Below the pieces are notes generated by a model that saw only the letters and a list, made by a program, of their open reading frames with translations, had not been told where the DNA came from and ran no database searches. DNA of 32,000 bases from Nitrosotalea sp. (GTDB taxonomy: Archaea; Thermoproteota; Nitrososphaeria; Nitrososphaerales; Nitrosopumilaceae): contig DATFCV010000055.1 of the NCBI GenBank assembly GCA_035252645.1, positions 1-32,000 on the forward strand, given 5' to 3'. How positions within the stretch are numbered: position 1 is the stretch's first letter; each line of letters begins with the position of its first letter. The translations under genes and the position numbers were made by a program. Positions 14,039 to 21,412 of this stretch are shown piece after piece.

Positions 14039-14239
14039 CTAAAACCCAATGACTTGGCCGGTCTTTGCGTTTACCTTGACATGGAATTTCTTGAAACTGG
14101 ACGAAGAAACCAACACTTCCACAGTCCAAATGCCGTCCTCAAGGGATGACTTGATTATCTTGACGACAGAGTGATACTGCTGCAGGAATCCCACCGCAAT
14201 GTCGTTTGCGGCCTTGCTGTCAATTACATATAATGACAT
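14039..14239 (-). CDS. PepSY-like small protein (66 aa), paralog 1
   Basis: It starts at Met89 of the tracked ORF. MSLYVIDSKAANDIAVGFLQQYHSVVKIIKSSLEDGIWTVEVLVSS...VKVNAKTGQVIGF fits the PepSY-type pattern (..A...A..fl......v..v.l.dg.W.V.v.......v.vda.tG.v). It is a paralog of 28812-29012. Confidence 0.6.
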   Translation of the reverse strand: MSLYVIDSKAANDIAVGFLQQYHSVVKIIKSSLEDGIWTVEVLVSSSSFKKFHVKVNAKTGQVIGF

Positions 14240-14582
14240 CCTGTATAATATGGAAGAAATTAGATTTAACACTGTATGATAGATTGTTCGGTAATTCTCT
14301 TCGGAAATTTTTTTTCCTAGGCACGAAACCCAACCTATCGAAGACACTTTAGGTATTGATCTCCTAGACTCAACTTGCAAACGTCTTATGTGCTGCCGCG
14401 ACCTATGAAAGCCATAGCTGTGGATCGGAAGATACGTTGCCCAACTCCGGGGGGTGTCCGAACCCAGGACGCCCTCCATCATTCTTCTAAATGAGTGCCC
14501 CATCTGCGGTGTGCCGCCGTCTCATCATCAAAACCTGTCTGAAATAGGCTTAAATTCACCCCAGATCTGTATTGATTCATTC

Positions 14583-14645
14583 GGGCTATGACATTAGCCT
14601 TGGACCGTTCCTAAACCGCCCCGCGAGGTGCTGATAATGTCTACC
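14583..14645 (+). promoter_or_regulatory. Fluoride riboswitch (crcB RNA motif)
   Basis: GGGCU-AUGACAUU-AGCCU ... AAACCGCC-CCGCGAGG-UGCUGAUAAUGUCUACC matches the remembered conserved blocks (..AUGGCAUUC.. / AAACCGC / GCUGAUGAUGCCUAC). The pseudoknot covaries: GACAU with AUGUC instead of GGCAU with AUGCC. It sits 68 nt upstream of crcB, and a TATA-like CTTAAATT lies about 30 nt upstream. Confidence 0.8.
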
Positions 14646-14665
14646 AAAAAATCAGGGGTAGACAA

Positions 14666-14716
14666 ATGAAAAACAAAACCAAAAAAACAATGAAGATTGC
14701 AGGACAGTCGATATGA
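14666..14716 (+). CDS. 16-codon Lys-rich uORF (MKNKTKKTMKIAGQSI) between the riboswitch and crcB
   Basis: Its TGA (14714-14716) overlaps the crcB ATG (14713-14715) as ATGA. A GGGGT Shine-Dalgarno-like element lies 8-12 nt upstream. It could be a chance ORF in A-rich sequence. Confidence 0.25.
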   Translation: MKNKTKKTMKIAGQSI

Positions 14717-15102
14717 GGATGATCGAACTAGCATTCTTAGCAGCTGGGGGAGTGGCGGGGGTGTTCGTGAGGTACGGGATTACAAAATCTCCGCTAGTTC
14801 TCGGAGCACTGCCGGTAAACGTGCTCATTGTCAACGTTATTGGCAGCTTCATACTTGGGGTCTTTGCGGTTCTCTCGCTCCAGTGGAACCTAGACCAGAA
14901 ATACGCGATGCTTGTGGCACTCGGGTTCTGTGGGGGCCTTACCACCATGTCGTCGTTTGCACTGGAGGCCTCCAACATGCTTGATAACAAGCAATACCTA
15001 CTAGTAGCGGCAAACATACTGACAAACGTTGGACTTTCGCTTGGCGCAATCTTCGGAGGTAAGGCCTTGGCAGGCATGATGCTGGAAGGAGGGCTGAAAT
15101 GA
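14713..15102 (+). CDS. crcB: Fluoride ion channel CrcB/Fluc
   Basis: 129 aa with four hydrophobic helices. The signature regions are GGVAGVFVRY...PVNVLIVNVIGSFILG...GFCGGLTTMSSF. Confidence 0.95.
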   Translation: MRMIELAFLAAGGVAGVFVRYGITKSPLVLGALPVNVLIVNVIGSFILGVFAVLSLQWNLDQKYAMLVALGFCGGLTTMSSFALEASNMLDNKQYLLVAANILTNVGLSLGAIFGGKALAGMMLEGGLK

Positions 15103-15413
15103 GAACGCAGGATATGTGGTGCCTCATGATAAGGATAAAGCGAAACGACAACTTTGAGGGAAAGCGCGTGCACAACATAATACTTGACCTGTTAAGGAAG
15201 GGAAAGATCTCAGGCGCCACGGTCTGGACCGGCGTGGCAGGCTACGGCAAGCGCGGCAAGTCAAACTTCCAAATCGAGGGGATCTCAGTCAACATGCCCA
15301 TGCTAATCGAGGTCATAGACGACCTGTCAAAAATTGAGAAGATCCTGCCGGAGATAAAGGAAGTAATTGGAGACAACGGGCTTGTCACAATCAACAAGGT
15401 CGGAGTGGTCTAG
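15099..15413 (+). CDS. DUF190 (PII-like fold) protein commonly partnered with crcB
   Basis: 104 aa. GATVWTGVAGYGKRG...NMPMLIEVIDDLSKIEKILPEI matches the DUF190 pattern. Its start overlaps the crcB stop as ATGA. Confidence 0.85.
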   Translation: MRTQDMWCLMIRIKRNDNFEGKRVHNIILDLLRKGKISGATVWTGVAGYGKRGKSNFQIEGISVNMPMLIEVIDDLSKIEKILPEIKEVIGDNGLVTINKVGVV

Positions 15414-15493
15414 CCTTTCATGGCGCATCGAAAAAAAAGCAACCGGGTTTGCCACAAAAGATATTTTACTAGTGCGCCGCACCGTCAAGTGAT

Positions 15494-16414
15494 TTGAAGT
15501 CAATCAACTATACCCTCCTTGGAGACGAGTCCATTGCAAAGGACTTTGGAAAGAAGGGAACCGCGACAGACCTTACAATTTATGACAAGAAGGAGACGGG
15601 AACGGTAAAGACCTGGACCATACCTACGGGCTTTCCTGACAAGATACAGCCCCTCCTCCAGGCGATAAACATGGGCGAGTACGTCGTGTTTCACGTCTCA
15701 AAGCTTGACAAGTTCACAGGAGAGCAGATTGTGGCACTTGACGTACTCGGGAAGACAAAGGGCATAGTGACCCATTCCTACGAGGTCGACGGCGAGAAGC
15801 TGAAGACGATGATCAAGGGAACTGTCGTCGAGCAGTACAAGATGGTTGACCTTGCTGACCTCAAAAAGGAGATGGACGCGTTAGAGCCTGTATCGCAGGG
15901 GGGGGCCTTGAGGATTCCTATAGACCACTGCTTTGACGTAAAGGGCGTAGGTACGGTAATACTTGGAAAAGTTGCACAGGGCGCGGTCAAGGCATACGAC
16001 AAGCTCAAGCTGCTTCCAAAGGGAGACGAGGTCCTGGTAAAATCAATCCAGATGCACGACGACCCTGTAGAGGAGGCAACCTCGCCTGCAAGGGTAGGCC
16101 TTGCAGTAAAGGGAATTGTGTCAGACGACGTACAGAGGGGAGACCAGCTCACGATAGGGGACGGAGTAACCGTATCCCAGGATATTGCCCTTGACTATGT
16201 GCAGAACAAGTTCTTCAAGGACAAGATTGCAGAGGGGCAGACGTTCACAGTAAACATAGGCCTCCAGGCAAGGGCAGCCAAGATAGTATCACTGAGCCCG
16301 ATGAAGCTCTCGCTTAACAAGCCTGCCGCATTTACAAAAAACGAGATTTGCGTAATCCTCAAGCCCGAGTCCCAGACAATAAGGATAGTTGGGAGCGGGC
16401 CTATAGTGGGCTAG
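15494..16414 (+). CDS. EF-Tu/EF-1A-like protein with a degenerate (non-P-loop) G domain and an intact beta-barrel domain II
   Basis: 306 aa with a TTG start. Domain II is clear (LRIPIDHCFDVKGVGTVILGKVAQGAVKAYDKLKLLP...VKSIQMHDDPVEEATSPARVGLAVKGI..DDVQRGDQL). The N-terminal ~130 aa has no GxxxxGK[ST] or DxxG, and only SKLD where NKxD is expected. Confidence 0.75.
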   Translation: MKSINYTLLGDESIAKDFGKKGTATDLTIYDKKETGTVKTWTIPTGFPDKIQPLLQAINMGEYVVFHVSKLDKFTGEQIVALDVLGKTKGIVTHSYEVDGEKLKTMIKGTVVEQYKMVDLADLKKEMDALEPVSQGGALRIPIDHCFDVKGVGTVILGKVAQGAVKAYDKLKLLPKGDEVLVKSIQMHDDPVEEATSPARVGLAVKGIVSDDVQRGDQLTIGDGVTVSQDIALDYVQNKFFKDKIAEGQTFTVNIGLQARAAKIVSLSPMKLSLNKPAAFTKNEICVILKPESQTIRIVGSGPIVG

Positions 16415-16574
16415 AACCGCATGCGGGGCCACCGTGGACTAAAATAGAAGAGCGTGAGATTTACAAGCATGCCGGACTTTGACATTGCAGCCTTTGCTTC
16501 TTGGTCTGTCATTACGGCATGCTTTATCGCAGTAACGGTCTTTGCATACCGAAAGGTTTCAAAAAGAAAAAGCA

Positions 16575-17150
16575 ATGAATCACATACATCTTGAAAAAAA
16601 GGGGCTGAGGGGACTTGGCGTGGCAGAGTCATTTCGCGAGAAGGGCAAGCACTCAAGCCTTGCCGGTGTGGTGATGAGAAGGGACCTTGTAATCGACGGC
16701 TTTGTCTTTGGAAGAGCGACGCTAGAGGGTGACGACGCAACCGACGCAATTGTATCAATGTACCAAGGCCTGGGGCGGCAGGACATTAGCTTCGTCCTGC
16801 TCTCGGGGCTCATAATATCGATGTACAACATAGTTGACATCAGGAGGCTCTGGGAGGAGGTCAAGGTTCCGGTAGTAGGGGTTACATATGAGGAGTCGGT
16901 CGGAATCGAGGATGCCATCAAGTACCACTTTCCAGGCTCGTACGACGCCAAGGTATCGCAGTACAAGAAACTCGGCCCAAGGGCCAAGGTGCAACTGCAC
17001 ACTGGGCATGACATCTACCTCAGGGTAGAGGGCTGCGACCTCAAGGAGGCAAAAAAACTACTTGACGAGTTTACCCTTCAGGGCGCCATCCCCGAACCGC
17101 TGAGGGTAGCCCAACTTCTTGCCAAGGCGGAGCTTGACGCCTCCGGCTGA
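16575..17150 (+). CDS. UPF0215/DUF99 family protein (endonuclease V/RNase H-like fold family)
   Basis: I take the start at the ATG at 16575 (MNHIHLEKKGLRGLGVAESF...); the track begins at an upstream TTG. GVVMRRDLVIDGFVFGRATLEGDDATDAI...LSGLIISMYNIVD matches the DUF99 pattern. Confidence 0.8.
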   Translation: MNHIHLEKKGLRGLGVAESFREKGKHSSLAGVVMRRDLVIDGFVFGRATLEGDDATDAIVSMYQGLGRQDISFVLLSGLIISMYNIVDIRRLWEEVKVPVVGVTYEESVGIEDAIKYHFPGSYDAKVSQYKKLGPRAKVQLHTGHDIYLRVEGCDLKEAKKLLDEFTLQGAIPEPLRVAQLLAKAELDASG

Positions 17151-17152
17151 TG

Positions 17153-17557
17153 CTATTTGCGCTCTTCCTTTGTAACCTGCCATTTGGACTGGGTAAGCCT
17201 TGATGATGAAAACTCAACCTGGCCTACTATGCGGTCCCCGCTGCGGACCATCCCGTACTCGTTTCTTACTTTCTTGATTATCAACTTGCGAGTCTTGTAC
17301 CCCCCTTCTATTACCTTTATTCTGAACCTCTTGCTTGCCCTTTCCACAAGATCGCGCGCGGCCTTTGTGTCGCCAATCCAAGAATACATCTCAAAGGAAC
17401 CAAAGTTCTTTGTAGTGACCTCATGATCGTAAAGCCTTGCCTCAAACTTCCAGCCGTTCTTCTTTGCCTCTTCGTTCATCCACCCTACTGCCTGGGCGCC
17501 GTATCCCTTCTCGACGCCAAAAGATTCCGAGTCTGCCAATCTCTCACCAATGACCAA
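17153..17557 (-). CDS. Hypothetical protein
   Basis: The 134-aa ORF has a TTG start and its first ATG would be at 17479. I recognised no family. Only 29 nt separate its tracked start from the divergent nreA start, so one or both starts are probably mis-set. Confidence 0.5.
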   Translation of the reverse strand: MVIGERLADSESFGVEKGYGAQAVGWMNEEAKKNGWKFEARLYDHEVTTKNFGSFEMYSWIGDTKAARDLVERASKRFRIKVIEGGYKTRKLIIKKVRNEYGMVRSGDRIVGQVEFSSSRLTQSKWQVTKEERK

Positions 17558-17586
17558 CCTGTAGACAACGACATAAAAGAGATCCC

Positions 17587-18786
17587 ATGGATATCTTATT
17601 TAGAAGAGAAAGTCCACCTATTGCAGTGGCAAGGACAGCTGCCGACATACGAAAGGCCATAGAATCAAACTGGAATGAGTATCTCTCAAGGTATGCCAAT
17701 CTTTTTTCATCAAACTATGTAGAGGGCTCAAGCCCGCCTTCCGTCTTCGTGGGCTCGTATGGGTACCCAAGGGTGCTCGTCGGGCCTATGGTGCCGCCCG
17801 TCCATGGGAACACCACGGTGATGGACCTGCCCGAGTCCTGGGTGGGAAAGGGGCTTGAGGACATTGTAAACTACCGCCTCTCGCTTGTCAGGGGAATCCA
17901 GCCAGTAAAGGCGCAGGAGCCCTCAGGGAGGTACATCGAGAGCCTTCAGGAGCTTGCCATGTCGACGCACTCGACAGACTCGGAAATGGAATTTGTAAAG
18001 AGCGCAAGGGCCCACTCGTTTGTCGATTCGGAAAACGCGCCCTTTGGGCCTGTGGGCGAGATTAAAAGCGCCAAGTTCTCAAACTCGCCATCGGACGCAA
18101 ACATCCAGAAAATGTATTACGACAAGGACTTGCTTGCGCAGGACGCGGTGCTCGAACTTTACAACCGGGGCATAGAGGTAAGCAAGATCCAAAAGTGCTT
18201 CAGCATAGGGATGTTTGGCAAGTCTCGCAAGCTTGTGCCCACCCGCTGGAGCATAACTGCCACAGATGACATTATATCAAAATCTCTTGTCGAGGAGATT
18301 GTAACGTTTGGCGCGATTGACTCGTGCGGGGTTTACTCCTTTTCTCACCTGGGCAACCTCTACGCGGTGGTTCTTTTCCCAGGGAGGTGGATGTTTGAGA
18401 TGCAGGAGGCGTGGTATGACAACGAGGGGAACATAGGCTTTGGCTCGGCATTTGAGGACGCAAACGGGCTTGCACACTATCCTGAAACCGCAGGGGCCCA
18501 CTTTGCATCAAGGCTTGCGGTCGCAGAGCACCTCTTCTCACAAAAGGTCCAGGCAGGCGCATTGGTATTGCGCGAGATAAGGCCCGAGTACGCAGTGCCT
18601 GTCGGAGTATGGCAGGTGCGAGAAGGGGTCAGGATGGCCCTCAAGCAACGCCCTGCCATTGTATCAAGCTTTGAGGAGGGGCTGGACTTTGCCTGCAGGG
18701 GTCTTTCCGTCGACAAGAAAGAGTGGCTTGCAAGGAGCGGTCTGCAAAACGCAAGGAAGCAAAAATCAATCAAGGACTTTTTCTAA
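17587..18786 (+). CDS. nreA: Archaeal DNA repair protein NreA (Nre_N/Nre_C, DUF650/DUF651) with a C-terminal PIP box
   Basis: 399 aa. PPSVFVGSYGYPRVLVGPM is a hallmark of the Nre N-domain. The C-terminal QKSIKDFF is a canonical PCNA-interacting motif Q-x-x-I-x-x-F-F. Confidence 0.8.
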   Translation: MDILFRRESPPIAVARTAADIRKAIESNWNEYLSRYANLFSSNYVEGSSPPSVFVGSYGYPRVLVGPMVPPVHGNTTVMDLPESWVGKGLEDIVNYRLSLVRGIQPVKAQEPSGRYIESLQELAMSTHSTDSEMEFVKSARAHSFVDSENAPFGPVGEIKSAKFSNSPSDANIQKMYYDKDLLAQDAVLELYNRGIEVSKIQKCFSIGMFGKSRKLVPTRWSITATDDIISKSLVEEIVTFGAIDSCGVYSFSHLGNLYAVVLFPGRWMFEMQEAWYDNEGNIGFGSAFEDANGLAHYPETAGAHFASRLAVAEHLFSQKVQAGALVLREIRPEYAVPVGVWQVREGVRMALKQRPAIVSSFEEGLDFACRGLSVDKKEWLARSGLQNARKQKSIKDFF

Positions 18787-18801
18787 GCGTTACCATTTTT
18801 A

Positions 18802-19776
18802 TTGAAGCCGATTTGCAGTAGATCGTTGCAGAATAGAAGCGTGCTTGTTGCAATTGCGATAATCGCGTCTCCGATAATGTTTGCACTTGCGGTATTTCCA
18901 GATTCCTTCAGTCTTGGCTGGAACCAAGGGAGGGGAGGATTTCTCTTTGCACTTGCATTTATCGCAGCAGAGATAATGGGCCTGAAACTTGACATTCCAA
19001 AGAAGAGGCTTTATGCCGCAATCCCGCTTGCCGCCGCAGTAATTGCTTACCTAGTTGGCGTCGAGTACGGACTAAAGGACTACCTCATAGCAGTCGCGCC
19101 CCAGTTCCACGTGCAGCTCAAGGACTCGTGGACATGGATGTGGGACTTTATCGTTATTGCCGCGTTTTTCGTGGGGGTCCTTACGCTGCTCTTTGGCAGG
19201 AGGTGGATTAGGATCTCGCCTGCAGGCCCGATATATGCCGCAGGAACTGCGATAATACTCTCGCTTGACGCGTTCTTCCCGTACGACTCGCTTGGCCCTC
19301 TCCAGTATGTCGTACCGTATCTTGTAAGGCTTGACGTCTTTTTGATTAACACGTTCCACTTTGGGGCAGCCACGGCAACAGGCAACATAATGTTCCTCAA
19401 CGGAGACCACGGGCCTTTTGCCCTCCAGGTGTTCTGGCCGTCGGCAGGGGTCCACAGCATGATAATCTACTCGCTTGTGATGATGGCGTTCCTCCTGAAG
19501 ATGAACATCCCGAGGAACCGCAAGGCGGCCTATTTTGCGATGGGCGTGGTTGGAACAATCGGGGTAAACGTCATCAGGATACTCTCGCTCTCGCTGTTTG
19601 TGCTCAAGGTCTCAACTGACGTGAACCAATTCCAGTCCTTCCACGGGATTGCGGGGGAGATAATGTTCCTTCCATGGCTCTTTGTCTTCCTGCTTATAGT
19701 CACTTATGTCGAGACCAAGAGGATGAAAAGAAAGGAGTTGGAGGTTGCTGGAAAGGGACCTGATCAAAATCAATAG
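18802..19776 (+). CDS. Exosortase/archaeosortase-family polytopic membrane protein (thaumarchaeosortase-like)
   Basis: 324 aa with about 8 hydrophobic helices. WPSAGVHSMIIYSL aligns to the sortase ..CSG[IL]RS.. block, followed by GVNVIRILSL (N-x-x-R) and FHGIAGEIMF (His block). The start could be TTG 18802, GTG 18841 or ATG 18877. Confidence 0.75.
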   Translation: MKPICSRSLQNRSVLVAIAIIASPIMFALAVFPDSFSLGWNQGRGGFLFALAFIAAEIMGLKLDIPKKRLYAAIPLAAAVIAYLVGVEYGLKDYLIAVAPQFHVQLKDSWTWMWDFIVIAAFFVGVLTLLFGRRWIRISPAGPIYAAGTAIILSLDAFFPYDSLGPLQYVVPYLVRLDVFLINTFHFGAATATGNIMFLNGDHGPFALQVFWPSAGVHSMIIYSLVMMAFLLKMNIPRNRKAAYFAMGVVGTIGVNVIRILSLSLFVLKVSTDVNQFQSFHGIAGEIMFLPWLFVFLLIVTYVETKRMKRKELEVAGKGPDQNQ

Positions 19777-20239
19777 GGAAGTAACGCCTGGGACATACCA
19801 GATAGAAGATGTCTTCTCGGGGTTGAGGGAGGCTGCCATACTTGAGAAGGTGTTTGGCTCAAGGCAAGAGCTTGACGACGTCTTTTCAAGCATCAAGCTT
19901 GTGGTGGATGCAAGCACGCATTACATGCACGTAAAAAATGAGGACGCTACAATAGTTGTATCCCCACACCACCTCAAGAACTCCGACCAAGTTACCCTCT
20001 ACCTTGACATTGTTCATGAGCTTGTCCACGTAAGGCAGCAAAGGCAGGGCCTTGACCTGTACGACAATTCGTATTCTTACGTCGACAGGCCGACCGAGAT
20101 AGAGGCATACATCGTGGCAGTGGAGGAGGCAAAAAGGCTCGGCATGGAGCACGAAAAGATACTTGACTACCTCCATGTGGAATGGATATCGCCAGACGAG
20201 CACAAGAGGCTTGCAGACAACGTGGGCCTGCGCCACTAG
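19745..20239 (+). CDS. Putative small zinc metalloprotease (HExxH, gluzincin-like)
   Basis: 164 aa as tracked, with a TTG start that overlaps the sortase gene by 32 nt, so the true start is uncertain. It has LDIVHELVHVRQQ (HExxH) and a downstream TEIEAY as a possible third ligand. Confidence 0.6.
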   Translation: MLERDLIKINREVTPGTYQIEDVFSGLREAAILEKVFGSRQELDDVFSSIKLVVDASTHYMHVKNEDATIVVSPHHLKNSDQVTLYLDIVHELVHVRQQRQGLDLYDNSYSYVDRPTEIEAYIVAVEEAKRLGMEHEKILDYLHVEWISPDEHKRLADNVGLRH

Positions 20240-21330
20240 AAGAACCTTGTAATGTCGTCTTGGCCAGTCGCCTCGCTAAACTCTGAAACCCTTACGCCAA
20301 GCCTCCGTACTAGGAGTCTCTGGTCTTCTAGCAGCTCCCGTAAAAGCACAAGCGCGTTTCGTTTAAGCTCGTCAAGGCTTGTAGTGGGATTCTTCAGCAT
20401 CCTGGACTTGGTCCTGTTTGACAGGTCCTCCTGCACGAACTGTATCCCGACAGACCTGAATGCTAGGCTGTCCCTTGTCAGCGCGCCATGGACGTCCTGG
20501 CACAGCTCCTCCAAGTCGTGTGAAAGAAAACCAAGATCTTTCGAGTCCTGCTTTAGCGTGACTATCCTGCTGTACTGGACAGGATCTCCCCTTGGCGATA
20601 CCGGGTACTCGTCTATGCCGCGCGCCGCATTGTAGATGTAGGTGCCAGTCTTCCTCCCAAACATTCCGTTTAGTGCAAAGACATCAAGTTTCTTAAGGTC
20701 TGAAATGGTCTCAAGCCCAAGCTCCATCAACTTTGCCTCGGTCTTGGACCCGATTCCGGGGATCTCCTTTACGGGCATGGGGTCAAGGAACGGCTCGACC
20801 TTTTCGGGTGGCACTACTGTCAGCCCGTCGGGCTTTTTGTAGCCAGACGCAATCTTTGAGACAAGCTTGTTGGTTGACACGCCGACTGTCGATGATAGCC
20901 TGATGCTGCTTCTGAGGGCGTTTTTCAGCTGCTGTGCAAGGTGAGCGGCCCTTGAAAAATCCCCGCCTGTTCTCTGGGAGACGTCAAGGTAGGCCTCGTC
21001 CCTTCCGACGTACTCGAACACGTCAGCAAACCCCCTGATGACTTCCATTGCCTTTTCTGAGACCTCGGAATAGTACTCAAAATCTGTAGGCAGAAAAACC
21101 GCCTCCGGTACCTCGGCAAGCTTGTTTTTTGCAAATTTTATAGGCATGCCTGACTTGACCCCGAACTTCCTTGCGTGGTAGTTTGCAGTGGCAACGGCGC
21201 CGCTGTCGCCGCCCCTGTCGGAATATACGCACACCACTACTGGCTTGGTCTTGAGGTCTGACCTTCTAAGCTCCTCGCACTGGGCATAAAAATAATCAAA
21301 ATCGATGTGAAAGACTACCCTCTGTGCCAC
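20236..21330 (-). CDS. dinB: Y-family translesion DNA polymerase IV (Dpo4/Dbh/DinB)
   Basis: 364 aa. It has HIDFDYFYAQCEE, SIGVSTNKLVSKIAS and PVKEIPGIGSKT (HhH). The C-terminal QDDITRFF is a PIP box. Confidence 0.95.
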   Translation of the reverse strand: MAQRVVFHIDFDYFYAQCEELRRSDLKTKPVVVCVYSDRGGDSGAVATANYHARKFGVKSGMPIKFAKNKLAEVPEAVFLPTDFEYYSEVSEKAMEVIRGFADVFEYVGRDEAYLDVSQRTGGDFSRAAHLAQQLKNALRSSIRLSSTVGVSTNKLVSKIASGYKKPDGLTVVPPEKVEPFLDPMPVKEIPGIGSKTEAKLMELGLETISDLKKLDVFALNGMFGRKTGTYIYNAARGIDEYPVSPRGDPVQYSRIVTLKQDSKDLGFLSHDLEELCQDVHGALTRDSLAFRSVGIQFVQEDLSNRTKSRMLKNPTTSLDELKRNALVLLRELLEDQRLLVRRLGVRVSEFSEATGQDDITRFF

Positions 21331-21412
21331 GAGTCTGATGTTGTTCCGGTTTGCTTTTTATGTTTTGGGAGGTGTTTCAAACTACCTCTAAATACCGACT
21401 GCGCAAACGGTA

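Noticed and set aside
14240-14503. 5' extension of the PepSY-like ORF (MGHSFRRMMEGVLG...).
   Set aside because: The sequence is Arg/Ser/His-rich and not protein-like. The paralogue at 28812-29012 shows that the family is 66 aa long.
14300-14560. I tested this orphan structured region for SRP RNA, RNase P RNA, C/D-box or H/ACA sRNA, an intron-containing tRNA, or a second fluoride aptamer.
   Set aside because: None of the conserved signatures I know were present. These are GGAA/AGCAGC helix-8 motifs, GAGGAAAGUCC, RUGAUGA...CUGA boxes, GTTCRAATC T-loops and AAACCGCC...CUGAUGAUG. It is kept only as an unclassified candidate.
14652-15220. Minus-strand ORFs 14652-15173 and 14939-15220, and plus-strand 14697-14984.
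   Set aside because: They are antisense to or out of frame with crcB, which has the full family signature.
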